Shown one piece after another: positions 39,375 through 49,527 of a stretch of 64,000 nt of DNA. Below the pieces are notes generated by a model. The model saw only the letters and a list, made by a program, of their open reading frames with translations. It made no database searches and was not told where the DNA came from. The stretch covers positions 7,308,256-7,372,255 of the forward strand of contig NZ_CP071793.1 in assembly GCF_017498545.1 (NCBI RefSeq), in the 5' to 3' direction. Position 1 is the first letter of the stretch. Every line of letters starts with the position of its first letter. Source of the DNA: Sulfidibacter corallicola. GTDB lineage: Bacteria > Acidobacteriota > Holophagae > Acanthopleuribacterales > Acanthopleuribacteraceae. A program made the position numbers and the translations under genes.

Positions 39375-41369
39375 CTACTTGCCGAACACCCCGTTCAATC
39401 CCAGGGAATTGGCCAAGGGTCGGAAGCGGGGATCGGCGTGCAGGCGATCCAGCCGGGGATCCACCTCGAGAAACACCAGCCAGGTGTCGGCGTGGGCCTG
39501 ATCCAACCAGGTGAAAGCCTCGTCGATCGATCCCAACTGAGCGCAGTACATGGCCATTTCCAGGGCATATCCCGAGGGATCGCCCTGGACTTCCCGCAAT
39601 CGCTTTTCCTTCTGGACGGAAAGCGCATCGAACCAGGCCCGTCTGGGGTTGGGGCCGTCCAAAAATGCCGTCTCGGTCTCGCTCCAGCCGTCCAGGTGTA
39701 GCGATTTGCGCAGGGTGTAGCAGGCCTGCTTGTAGAGACCCAATTCGAAATAGGCCTGGGCCAGGCCGCCCATCGCCCAACCGTAGTGCTCGTTGCGGGC
39801 GAGCGTTTCCTTGAAGGCCGTCACCGCTTCCTCGGGACGATCGGCGAACAGAAAGTACCAACCCAGATCCGAACGCAAGCTGAGCGAGACCGGGTCGAGC
39901 CGCAGCGAGGTCTCCATGGCCGCGATCGCCTCGTCGTGGCGATTGCGCGCCGAGAGCAGGCCCGCGTACCAGTGATAGGCCATGGCGAAACCGGGGTTCA
40001 GGTCGACCGCTTTCCGGAAATGGAACTCGGACTGCACGAAATCGCGATCGTGGTAGAGCAGGGCGAAGGCCAGGGCGTTGTGGGCCTCGGCCGAGTCCGG
40101 ATCCCGTTGCAGGCCTTCGTGTGCGGTGGACTTGGCCAGTTCGAAGGCTTCGGCCTGGTTCATCTTGGACGTGAAGGCGAGCAGGTTGTAGGTGTCGGCG
40201 AGGCCCGCGTACACGATGGCCGCATCCGGTGAAATGGTCAGGGCCTCCTCGAAATGGGCCACGGCCCGTAGGTAGGCGTCGCCGTTGAATTGGAACCAGG
40301 CGTTCCGACCCCGCAGGAAGGCGTGGTAGGCGCGGGTGTCGGCCAGGCTGGCGCGGGCGATGGCGGGCATGGCTCCGTCGAGGAGTTCCAAGGTCAGCGT
40401 CTTGGCCACCTGGTGTGCGACCCGGTCCTGAATGGCGAGCATGTCGCCCGGCTCGAAGTCGTAGTTTTCGGCCCACAGGTGGGTCTGGTCCGCCACCTGA
40501 ATCAACTGGGCGGTGATGCGACCCCGGTTGCCGCTGCGACGCAGGCTTCCTTCCAATATATAGTGGACCCCCAGCTCCTGGCCGATTTCCGCGATGGTCT
40601 TGGGCGCGTCGCGGTAGGTCATGGCCGAGATCCGCGAGATGACGCCCAACCGTTCCGGCTGCAGGCGGCCCAGATGGGTGATCAGTTCCTCCGTGAGGCC
40701 GTCGGCGAAATCGTTCTCGCGCGCGTCGCCGGTGTAGTTCTGGAAGGGAAGGACCGCCAACATGATTTTGCCCTCGGGTGGGTTGGCGACGGTCGCCCTG
40801 CCGCGCCAAAAGGCGGCGACGCCGAGGACGACCAGGACCAACGAAACCGTGAGGTACGGCCAAGGCCCGCGCGAACGGCGGCGAGGCTTCGTTCGCGCGG
40901 GGTTGGGGGCCGCTGTTTGGGCATCGGCTTGGGTCGGTGGGGGTGCGGTCGGTTCCGGCGGGACCGGCACCTGCTCCTCTTCTTCCCGGTTGGCCGTGTG
41001 GGGTTCCTCTTTCTCCGGCGAGGGTGGCGCTTGGACAAGGTCGATCATCTCGACCGGCACGATCAAGCGATAGCCCTTGCGAGGGATCGTTTCCACGTAA
41101 TGGGGATCGGCGGCCTGATCGCCCAACGCGTCGCGCAGTCGCTTGACCGCGGCGTTCAAATTATTCGAGAAATCCACGTGGGTGTCCTCGGGCCAGAGCC
41201 GCTTTTGCAAGGCGTCCCGGGTCACGACCTCGCCTTCGTGGGCGGCCAGTGCCTGAAGCACTTGGCCCGGCTTGTCGTGGAGCCGAATCGTCCCCGCGGG
41301 ACCGGCCAGGTCGCCGGAGGCGGGGTCGTATTCGAATTCGCCAAATTTCATTTTCACGTGAACGGTCAT
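39375..41369 (-). CDS. CadC/OmpR-winged-helix-type transcriptional regulator with a transmembrane segment and C-terminal TPR repeats
   Basis: N-terminal trans_reg_C-like segment (LQKRLWPEDTHVDFSNNLNAAVKRLRDAL...TIPRKGYRL). One TM helix (YLTVSLVLVVLGVAAFW). Multiple TPR-like repeats after it. Confidence 0.6.
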   Translation of the reverse strand: MTVHVKMKFGEFEYDPASGDLAGPAGTIRLHDKPGQVLQALAAHEGEVVTRDALQKRLWPEDTHVDFSNNLNAAVKRLRDALGDQAADPHYVETIPRKGYRLIVPVEMIDLVQAPPSPEKEEPHTANREEEEQVPVPPEPTAPPPTQADAQTAAPNPARTKPRRRSRGPWPYLTVSLVLVVLGVAAFWRGRATVANPPEGKIMLAVLPFQNYTGDARENDFADGLTEELITHLGRLQPERLGVISRISAMTYRDAPKTIAEIGQELGVHYILEGSLRRSGNRGRITAQLIQVADQTHLWAENYDFEPGDMLAIQDRVAHQVAKTLTLELLDGAMPAIARASLADTRAYHAFLRGRNAWFQFNGDAYLRAVAHFEEALTISPDAAIVYAGLADTYNLLAFTSKMNQAEAFELAKSTAHEGLQRDPDSAEAHNALAFALLYHDRDFVQSEFHFRKAVDLNPGFAMAYHWYAGLLSARNRHDEAIAAMETSLRLDPVSLSLRSDLGWYFLFADRPEEAVTAFKETLARNEHYGWAMGGLAQAYFELGLYKQACYTLRKSLHLDGWSETETAFLDGPNPRRAWFDALSVQKEKRLREVQGDPSGYALEMAMYCAQLGSIDEAFTWLDQAHADTWLVFLEVDPRLDRLHADPRFRPLANSLGLNGVFGK

Positions 41370-41748
41370 GAAGGGATCCCGAAATGAACGGCTTCGCTGA
41401 TCGGGGAAGCCTCGCGCTTCGGCGCGATTTGGGTTCCCGTGAGGTCGAACGGGAAACCGGGCCGGAGCCGTGCGACGAGGTGCGGCCGTCCGAAACTGCC
41501 TGACAGAAAAGCTCGGTGGACGCCCTCATTTTATCCCAATCGGCGGTGATTGGGGGATCGAACCAAATCCTTGAGATAAAGAGGTAAACACATTTGAATA
41601 AACCAGTTACGTTTTTCCTTTCAGTCATTTAAGAAACGTTTAAGACGCATTTAAGGGCCCCGCCATCGCCAGGCTCGGCCGCGCCCGCCTAATCTGGCTG
41701 CAACCCAACCGCATTTCGGTTCATTTCCAACCTTCGGGAGGATTTCCG

Positions 41749-43866
41749 ATGAAGTACGCCATTCAGGCAGTCCTGATGATTCTGTGTACGAGCCTGTCGG
41801 TGCCGTTGACGGCCGGCACGCTGACCCAACCCGTCGCCAAACGGGTCCCCGTTTCCAACGAGTATCACGGCCACACCGTGGTCGACCCCTACCAATGGCT
41901 GGAGCAGATGAGCGACGATGCCGTCCGATCCTGGGTCATGGATCAGGACGCCTTCGCCCGCCAGTTCATCAAGAACGTGCCCGGCCGCGAGGGGCTGCGG
42001 GCCCGGTTGAAGCGCATCAACGACGTGGCGCGTATCGGGCGCGCCACCTTGGCCGGCGGCAAGCTGTTCTTCGCCAAATCCCGTCCCGGTGTGGGAATTC
42101 TCTCCGTGTGGGTGCAGCCCGAGGGTGGTGAGGCGCGTCGCCTCCTGACCCGCAACGGGGTGGAGAAAGGCTCCGTCCTCAAGGGGTTCGTGCCCAGTCC
42201 CGACGGCCGTTACTTGGCCTATTACTTCGGCCCTTCTTCCTCCCGCTGGGTGCGCATCAAGATCATGGACCTCACCCGCGGCGCGGTGCTGGGCGAGGTC
42301 GTCACCGGCCTCAATACGCGCATGGCTTCGCTTACCTGGGCGCGCAACAGCCAGTCCTTCTATTACGAGCGCTTCAAGCTCCCCAAAAAGGGCGGCGAGC
42401 TGACCGAGACCTTCCACTATCTCGGAATCTATCAGCACCGCCCCGGTCAACCCCAGGCCAAGGACCAGCGCATATCCGTCGGCGAAGGTGAAACCAATTG
42501 GTATTTCGCCAAGAGTGTGCTCGGCGAAGGCCGGTACCTGGTACAAATCGGCCGAAACGACAAGCTTCGCGTGGTCTCCATTCGCGAAGAGGGCCGCGAG
42601 GACGCGACATTTCGGGAACTGTTCCATCTCCACGATCCCGTCGGTTTCGTGGGCGACTACCGCGGGCTGTTGTACTTTCAGACCAACGATGGCGCCTCGC
42701 GCGGACGGATCGTGGCCGTCGATCCCAAATCGCCGGAGCCCGAGCATTGGAAAGAGGTGGTCCCGCAGTCGGAACACACCCTCGTCAGCGCCTCGCTCGA
42801 GGGGGATCGGCTCCTGCTCTCCTATCGCGTCCACGCCCGGCCGGAACTGCACATCCAGAGCCTGAGCGGCAAGCGAATGAAAGTCCCGATTCCCAACGGC
42901 GGCTTCTTCGGCGTCGGTCCGGGTGCCTACGGCGACGGCCTGGCCACCATCGGCAGCAGCAGCCTGGTGGATCCTGGCAGCATCTACCGCCTGGATGTGA
43001 AGCGCGGCAAGGTGACCCTGTTGGCGCGAACCGAGAGCAGTCAGGACCCGGACGATTTCGTGATCCGCCAGGAGTTCTTCCAAAGCAAGGACGGCACGCG
43101 GGTGCCGATGTTCATCGTCGAGCGCAAGGGCGCCGACAACAAGGAGCCGGGACCGCTGTTCATGTACGGCTACGGCGCGGGGAGCTGGTCGGCCTTTCCC
43201 TGGTACCAGCCGCACCTGGTGGCGTGGCTGGAAATGGGCGGACGTTACGCGCTGCCCGGCTGCCGTGGTGGCGGTGAATACGGCGCCACCTGGCACCAGG
43301 CGGGCATCCGCCACCACAAGCAGAACGGCATCGACGACTTCATCGGCGCGGCCGAACACCTCATCCGCAAGGGCTACACGACCAACAAGCTGCTGGCCAT
43401 CAACGGCGGCAGCGCCAGCGGGCAATTGGTGGCCGCGGCCCTGGTTCAGCGGCCCGACCTGTTCGGTGCGGCCCTGATCGAATGGCCCGCGATCGACATG
43501 TTGCGGTTCAAACAGTACCCCGGTGGCAAGTACTGGGTCTGGGGCAACGGCGATCCCGACGTGGCCGAGGACTTCGCGGTACTTCGCAAATGGTCGCCCT
43601 ATCAAAACGTGGCCGAGGGGACCTGCTACCCACCGACGATGCTGTTGCTGGGTGAAAAGGACGAATCGACCGTGGCCGCCCACGGCTACAAGTTCCAGGC
43701 GGCCCTGCAGCACGCCCAGCGCTGCGAGGCACCGATCCTGACCCGCATGATTTGGGATGGGGGCCATTATCAGTACGGCAATCACGAGGAGCAGACCCTC
43801 GATTCCTGGATCGACATCCTCTCGTTCCTGATCAAGGTGCTGGACATCGATACCACGTCGTCTTGA
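41749..43866 (+). CDS. Prolyl oligopeptidase (S9A) family serine peptidase, secreted
   Basis: GGGAGGA RBS. Signal peptide. N-terminal beta-propeller region (DPYQWLE). Catalytic domain with GGSASG around the nucleophilic Ser and a conserved Asp/His region at the C-terminus. Confidence 0.85.
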   Translation: MKYAIQAVLMILCTSLSVPLTAGTLTQPVAKRVPVSNEYHGHTVVDPYQWLEQMSDDAVRSWVMDQDAFARQFIKNVPGREGLRARLKRINDVARIGRATLAGGKLFFAKSRPGVGILSVWVQPEGGEARRLLTRNGVEKGSVLKGFVPSPDGRYLAYYFGPSSSRWVRIKIMDLTRGAVLGEVVTGLNTRMASLTWARNSQSFYYERFKLPKKGGELTETFHYLGIYQHRPGQPQAKDQRISVGEGETNWYFAKSVLGEGRYLVQIGRNDKLRVVSIREEGREDATFRELFHLHDPVGFVGDYRGLLYFQTNDGASRGRIVAVDPKSPEPEHWKEVVPQSEHTLVSASLEGDRLLLSYRVHARPELHIQSLSGKRMKVPIPNGGFFGVGPGAYGDGLATIGSSSLVDPGSIYRLDVKRGKVTLLARTESSQDPDDFVIRQEFFQSKDGTRVPMFIVERKGADNKEPGPLFMYGYGAGSWSAFPWYQPHLVAWLEMGGRYALPGCRGGGEYGATWHQAGIRHHKQNGIDDFIGAAEHLIRKGYTTNKLLAINGGSASGQLVAAALVQRPDLFGAALIEWPAIDMLRFKQYPGGKYWVWGNGDPDVAEDFAVLRKWSPYQNVAEGTCYPPTMLLLGEKDESTVAAHGYKFQAALQHAQRCEAPILTRMIWDGGHYQYGNHEEQTLDSWIDILSFLIKVLDIDTTSS

Positions 43867-44058
43867 TCGCGGCTTCCGGAAACGACAACCTCGTCCTCGA
43901 CCTTTGTGCCAACGCCCGCGAGGGCCAGCCCGAGCAAGTTACCGAACCAATTCGGTTGCAACTCCGCCCCTGATATCTTAAGGTTCAAGTCCTGAAGAGC
44001 GGGTGGTGAGTTGCAACGCCGGTTTTTGATTTGGATGGGCTGAGGTTCAAGGGTTTTT

Positions 44059-46071
44059 ATGTCGAAGGTGGTGCAGGTCGTTTCCGGACCCTTGGAGGGC
44101 ATATCTTACGTGGTGGGCGAGGCCGAGCCGTTGTCGATCGGCCGCAGCAAACACAACCACATGATCATGGGTTACGACCCGTGGATTTCGGGCAATCACG
44201 CGCTCGTCAAGCTGGTGGACGACGAGCTTCACTTGATGGACATGAATTCTTCCAACGGGTCCTTCGTCAACGGAAAAAAGGTTTCGCCCAACAAGTTCGT
44301 GCCGGTCGACGATTTTTTCGTGGTGGGATCGACGGTCCTGCGCATCGCCTCCGGTGCCAAGCTGGTTCAGGGCAAGCCGATGCCGCTGCGGCGCCCGCAG
44401 ATGGAGGCCTATGCCCAGCACCCCCTGCTCCAGGAGGCGGTGGCCCAGGCGGAACGACGCGATTCGCCGATGGTCGGCACGCTCCACCTGTTTCTGGCCA
44501 TGCTGGAGAGCGAGCAGGTAGAGGTGTTCCGCTTCCTCCAGTCGCTGAAATACGACGTGGCCAAGCTCCGCCACCGCATCGACAAGTTGCACCTCTTCGA
44601 AGGCAACCTACGCTGGATCAACGACTTCCTCGTGTACCAGTACAAGATCACCAAAAAGACCGAAACCGTGATCTCGCCGATGGTCCAGGCCATGATGGAA
44701 CAGGTCATCCGCCTGGGGGACAGCGAGTGGCTGCCGCACCTGAAGTTGCTGCTCAGCGATACCTTCAACCTGCTTTTTCCGCTTTTGGGCATTCAGGAAA
44801 ACGAATACGAGGACGAAGATCCGCTGGAGTGCACCGACAAGGTCACCCTCACGCCCTACGACAGCGACGTCAAGGAGATCATTCTGCCGGCCCGGTTCTG
44901 GCGCCATTTCGATCACGCCCTGCGGCAGACCCGCGTCGTGTTGCTGACGGGCCGCAAGGGGACCGGCAAGACCACGATCCTCAAACAGTGTTTCCACGCG
45001 CTGCCCAAGGTCGACATTTCGCTGTTCAAGGCGCAGAACAAGCGGCTGTTCGATCCGCAGATGTTCGCGATCTTCAATGAAATGGAGTTCCTGGGCAGCT
45101 ACCTGCGCAATCTCGAATCCGACCTACAGGATTCGCTGACGGTCGGCATCGATCATTTCGGGTTCCTGGTGCGGTTAATGGAGTCCCAGCAACGCGATCC
45201 CCAGGCGCTCATCCACGCCGTGCACCGCCGTCCGCACGCCACCGTCCTGGCCATCGACTCCAATTTGCTGCCCGCGATCCAAAGCCGGTTCTCCTCGGTG
45301 ACCGTGGTCCACCTGGACGATTACCTGGGCAAGGTCGATCGCGACATCATGACCAACCTGGTTCAGGAATTCGAGCGAATCACCAAGTGTCGCATCTCCG
45401 AAAAGGCGCTGAAGTACCTGCGCCGTACCTTGCTGGTTCGCCACAACTTCATGGCGTTGGAGAGTTTTTTCGATTTCTGCGCGACGCGGTTGGAGCAACT
45501 GAGTTTTCTCTACGCGGAACTCTCGTTCGGGCCCGAGGCCAACCGCAAGACCTTGTCCTGCAATTTTTTCAGAGCGATGTTGGAGGATTGGGATCAGGCG
45601 CGTTTCGGCGCCGGTTCTCTACTGCCGGGCAACCACGACAGCCACATCACCGGCAAGCAGGTCGCCATGACCGATCGTTACCCCAGCCTGCGCAACCAGG
45701 AGGGGGCCCTCTACCTGCGGATGGCCAGCATGCTGCGCGCCTTTTTGGAGAAGCGGTTCGGTGCCGAAATGGCGCGCGACGTGTTGGACGTCCTCGAGGA
45801 CAAGGAGCAGGCCGACCGCGAAGACGCGCTGAAAGAGCGGCTACGGGTGCTGTTGGATTCCTTCGGCGAGGCGTTCACCCTGTGGTTTCGCGACTTCCAG
45901 CAGGAGATCGGGCCGCGCGCGCTGGAGAAGGTGGTCGCGGTAAGTGACGATGCCGAAGCGCTTTGGGCCGAGTACGACTACCGCTTCGGCCTGATGGACG
46001 AGCTGTTTGTCTCCGAGAAGTTCTTCGACACGGCCGGCAAGATTTTCCTCCAACGCATGAACGAGATCTGA
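44059..46071 (+). CDS. FHA-domain protein fused to a Clp-N-like segment and a P-loop NTPase (AAA+-like) domain
   Basis: N-terminal FHA signature (SIGRSKHNHMIMGYDPWISGNHALV...NGSFVNGKKV). Walker A LLTGRKGTGKTT. No clear Walker B recognised. Confidence 0.55.
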   Translation: MSKVVQVVSGPLEGISYVVGEAEPLSIGRSKHNHMIMGYDPWISGNHALVKLVDDELHLMDMNSSNGSFVNGKKVSPNKFVPVDDFFVVGSTVLRIASGAKLVQGKPMPLRRPQMEAYAQHPLLQEAVAQAERRDSPMVGTLHLFLAMLESEQVEVFRFLQSLKYDVAKLRHRIDKLHLFEGNLRWINDFLVYQYKITKKTETVISPMVQAMMEQVIRLGDSEWLPHLKLLLSDTFNLLFPLLGIQENEYEDEDPLECTDKVTLTPYDSDVKEIILPARFWRHFDHALRQTRVVLLTGRKGTGKTTILKQCFHALPKVDISLFKAQNKRLFDPQMFAIFNEMEFLGSYLRNLESDLQDSLTVGIDHFGFLVRLMESQQRDPQALIHAVHRRPHATVLAIDSNLLPAIQSRFSSVTVVHLDDYLGKVDRDIMTNLVQEFERITKCRISEKALKYLRRTLLVRHNFMALESFFDFCATRLEQLSFLYAELSFGPEANRKTLSCNFFRAMLEDWDQARFGAGSLLPGNHDSHITGKQVAMTDRYPSLRNQEGALYLRMASMLRAFLEKRFGAEMARDVLDVLEDKEQADREDALKERLRVLLDSFGEAFTLWFRDFQQEIGPRALEKVVAVSDDAEALWAEYDYRFGLMDELFVSEKFFDTAGKIFLQRMNEI

Positions 46072-46261
46072 TCCGCGGCTCGCGGCGGGTGAAGCAGTCT
46101 GGGACCAAAGCTGAGTGTGCCCGCTTGGGCCATTCGCATGCCAAGAGATGCGTCGCCAAGGACCGGTGCGGCCGGGCAGGCTCTTCAGGGGTGGTAGGTC
46201 CTCCGGGTGGCTTGAAGGAGGCCCTGGCCGGTTGAGTCGGGCTGGACCGCACCTACATCGG

Positions 46262-46550
46262 TTCATTAGAGCCACGAACAAACGGGGCGGGCGTTCGGCT
46301 CGATTTCGAGCAAGAAACGCCATACCTGGTTTCTGGCGAAGGGTCATGGGTCATTCTCCTGAAAAATGGAACATGAACCCATGAAGGTTGGAAACCAGGA
46401 AAAGATGGGCATTTGGTGGCACACCATGTCCATTCTTTCCTGGTTTCAATTTTTCCTGGTTTCCTGATAAAGATTCGACGGTGGTAAGACCCCTCTCTGG
46501 TTGAATGCACACCAACTCGTCTCTAGAGCGCGAGGCGAGAGAATCACCTC
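46262..46550. repeat. Family-B repeat, copy 1 (~280 bp). Contains the imperfect hairpin GAAACCAGGAAAAGATGG...CCATTCTTTCCTGGTTTC.
   Basis: Near-identical (~90%) to 48025-48300 by direct comparison. Its 5' part (CTCGATTTCGAG...GAAAC) is related to family A. Confidence 0.75.
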
Positions 46551-46890
46551 TTCGCGAATATCCTCAAAATTGCCAACGCTCTGAATCCTTCCGCAGTCGA
46601 CCTGGGGAATAAACCGGGCTTCAATGCTTCCCATTCCGCTTTTCAATTTGAATAAAACGGAAATGCGGGTACAGGGAGGCGCCGACCCTTCAGGGTGGTG
46701 TCCAGCTCTGCATTTGTTGAAGGCAGTTCAGAGGCTCCTGTGGCTGCACGCGCGGGAAATCGTTCAGCTCGGATGTTGTCCTCCTTCCGTGATACGGCTG
46801 CTTTGGCTCTCTAAATCCCGACGGTCGCGGATACGAGTGTCTTGACACTCTACTTACTAGTTGGTAGAGTGGGTGAAAGGAGGAGCAACG

Positions 46891-47451
46891 ATGCCGGATC
46901 GAAAAACGGAAATACTGACCCGAACTCTCGAACTCGTTCAAACCATAGGGTTTAATGCACTAAGCTATCAGCATTTATCCAATCGTTTAGGGATCAGCAA
47001 GGCGAGCATCCATCACCACTTCTCCAAAAAAGAAGACTTGTGCCAGGCCGTGCTCTCCATGATGAAGGCAGGTTTGGAGGGCTTCTCTGAAGCTGTTTTG
47101 AGCAGTGAGGGATCTGCCGTTCTAAAGCTTGATCAATTCTTTGCTCACTCTATTGAAAATTGCGATAAGGCAATAATATGTCCGGTGACTTCTCTGTTGT
47201 CTGATCGAGACAAGTTGTCTCAGGAGAATCTATCTGCCTTGAAAGAAATTACCGATCTCGAAGTTGATACTATGGCTGAGATCATCCGGCAAGGACAACA
47301 AGAAGCCGTATTCAAAGTATCTGGGGATCCGCATGCACTCGCGTCCATGGTTTTAAGTGCCTCGAAGGGGGCGATGGCTTACTCGAGGGTGAAGGGCTCG
47401 GGATTCGGCAGGCAAGTTCATTCACGCTTGAAAGCGATGTTAATTGGTTGA
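46891..47451 (+). CDS. TetR-family transcriptional regulator
   Basis: ATG at 46891 with an AAGGAGGAG RBS. N-terminal HTH (LTRTLELVQTIGFNALSYQHLSNRLGISKASIHHHFSKKEDL). Lower GC than the surrounding genes. Confidence 0.7.
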   Translation: MPDRKTEILTRTLELVQTIGFNALSYQHLSNRLGISKASIHHHFSKKEDLCQAVLSMMKAGLEGFSEAVLSSEGSAVLKLDQFFAHSIENCDKAIICPVTSLLSDRDKLSQENLSALKEITDLEVDTMAEIIRQGQQEAVFKVSGDPHALASMVLSASKGAMAYSRVKGSGFGRQVHSRLKAMLIG

Positions 47452-47477
47452 AGCCTTTTGAAAATGGAGATTTGAAA

Positions 47478-47870
47478 ATGAAAAATAAAATAGCGTACTA
47501 TTTTTCGACGGGTGCCTTTTCCCTTATGGCGCTGGGTGGCTCGTTTATGTATTTGTCCATGAGTGATGTGGTTGTCCATTCGTTCAGTAGTGAACTCGTC
47601 GATGGCTTTAATGCTCTTGGCTTTCCAGCTTGGCTGATTATTCCAATGGGGATCGCCAAATTGTTGGGTGTTGTGGCCCTTTGGGCACCGCTTCCCAAGC
47701 TCATCAGGGAGTGGGCCTATGCAGGCTTTTTCTTTAACTCCCTTCTTGCAATCGGGGCTCATGTTTTTAATCCAATCAACCCTAACGATACTGAGTTTGG
47801 CGGGGCAGTTGTCGCTCTGATTTTGATTCTCGTTTCTCGAATCACGCTGCATGTGAAGGAGCTGAAATAA
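47478..47870 (+). CDS. DoxX-family small membrane protein
   Basis: ATG at 47478 with a GGAGA RBS. Four hydrophobic helices. Overlaps the TetR stop region. Low GC. Confidence 0.55.
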   Translation: MKNKIAYYFSTGAFSLMALGGSFMYLSMSDVVVHSFSSELVDGFNALGFPAWLIIPMGIAKLLGVVALWAPLPKLIREWAYAGFFFNSLLAIGAHVFNPINPNDTEFGGAVVALILILVSRITLHVKELK

Positions 47871-48021
47871 AAGGTATTTCGTTTGATGCGGGAACATGGG
47901 TTGGTCGCCATCCGACCGGTGACTGCGCCTGCCATACGGCCGTGATGGATCGACAGGGCCTCACTGCGCCTGCACGACGAATCTCTCGGTCTATGGGCAC
48001 TCCAAACCTATTCGTTTCAAA

Positions 48022-48415
48022 GGAGAGCCACGAACAAACGGGGCGGGTGCCCAGCTCGATCTCGAGAAAGAAACGCCATACCTGGTTTCTGGCGCAGGGC
48101 CATGGGTCATTCTCCTGAAACATGAAGCAGAAACCCATGAAGGTTGGAAGCCAGGAAAGGATGGGCATTTGGTGGCGAACCATGTCCATCCTTTCCTGGT
48201 TTCAATTTTTCCTGGTTTCCTGATAAGGATTCGACGGTGGTAAGACCCCTCTCAGGTTGAACGCACCAATTCGTTTCAAGAGAGCCACGAACAAGCGGGC
48301 AATCCCGTTCGATTTCGGGAAAGAAACAACGCGAAGTGAGCCGGTTCGGAAAGCCCGTACGTGCGTAAGAGACGTAAAGCCTGTAGGTGGAGCAGCTTGC
48401 TCCACCATTCGAAGT
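48022..48415. repeat. Family-B repeat copy 2 (48025-48300) immediately followed by a family-A copy (48290-48412). The A copy has compensatory changes in the palindrome (GTGGAGCAGCTTGCTCCAC versus TTGAGCAGCTTGCTCAA).
   Basis: Direct sequence comparison with 46262-46550 and 24956-25090. Confidence 0.75.
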
Positions 48416-48888
48416 GACCTAGCATGGATTGAAATCAATCATCGAGAGACCTAGAGGCTCGACTTACCTGCTTCGCTCTTTTACCACCCGATCTTGCGAA
48501 GCCTGGGCCGCTCCGAAGTGTCGGCCGAGCCGGCCAACTTACTGCCGCGCCGACCCTCGAAGCGTGCGGGAACTCCTCGGATGGATCACTTCGAAAAGTT
48601 CATCGGGCCGATGAACCCACCTGGCACGATGAATCTCTCGACATTCGGGCACTCCGAGCAACATTGCTTCAAATGAGCGAGGCGAGAGAAATATCTCCCA
48701 TTTCGAGGGAGATACCTGCAAGGCCAGCATCTATCAATACCTTTTGAGAGAAAGCGGGGCAATTCAGGGAGCGTATCCCGCTCGAAAAAGGTCAAGCTCC
48801 CCACTTGAGTCAAAACACCCTCGGATTTCGCACTAGAAATTGACGGTTGGCTATTGCCAACGAATGCCAAAACGAGGAGAGGGTGCAC

Positions 48889-49209
48889 ATGGCTGACAAA
48901 TGGGAATTCTACCGTGATCGAGCGGGAGAGTGGCGCTGGCGCCGGATTGCTCCCAATGGGAACATTGTTGGTGCCTCCAGTGAGGGCTACTCGAATAAGA
49001 GCAATTGCATCGAAAATACACGGCGCCATGGATATGGCGGGGCTTCAGATAAAGGGGCCAGGGATCGCTGGGAGTTTTACACGGATCGTTCCGGGAAGTG
49101 GCGCTGGCGCCGAATCGCTCCCAATGGGGAAGTCGTAGGCGCAGCAACCGAAGGCTACTCCAACAAACCTGATTGTGAGTCAAACGCAATCCGGAATGGG
49201 TACCATTAA
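48889..49209 (+). CDS. Tandem DUF1508 (YegP-like) domain protein
   Basis: Two repeats of WEFY.DR.G.WRWRRIAPNG..V..S.EGYSNK. ATG at 48889 with a GAGGAGAGGG RBS. Confidence 0.65.
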   Translation: MADKWEFYRDRAGEWRWRRIAPNGNIVGASSEGYSNKSNCIENTRRHGYGGASDKGARDRWEFYTDRSGKWRWRRIAPNGEVVGAATEGYSNKPDCESNAIRNGYH

Positions 49210-49527
49210 AAAGATATGAGCCCGTTAAGCGCTGAAGACTGCCACGTGAATGTCTGCTTCGTTGACTGAAAGTAGCCAGTGTAAGGTGAACCTTGAACAG
49301 GCAATTTCACCACTCGAGTTTGGACCTAATTTGTGACCTGGTGATAGGACCTGCTCGCAGTTTACTCATACACCGTGATCAACAATTTTTTTTTCAAAAT
49401 GTTAGAAACTAAAACCTATCAGAAGGTGGCACACCGGCGAATGGCGCCATGATCACGGAAGGACCAGGAACGATCGGGGCGACGTTGCGGTACACCCCGA
49501 TCTCCATGGTCGGACGGCCACGTCGGG

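Noticed and set aside
38440-41369. ECF sigma factor with a cognate anti-sigma gene
   Set aside because: The adjacent gene is convergent and is a CadC-like TPR regulator, not an anti-sigma factor. The sigma factor's own C-terminal SnoaL-like extension likely provides its regulation.
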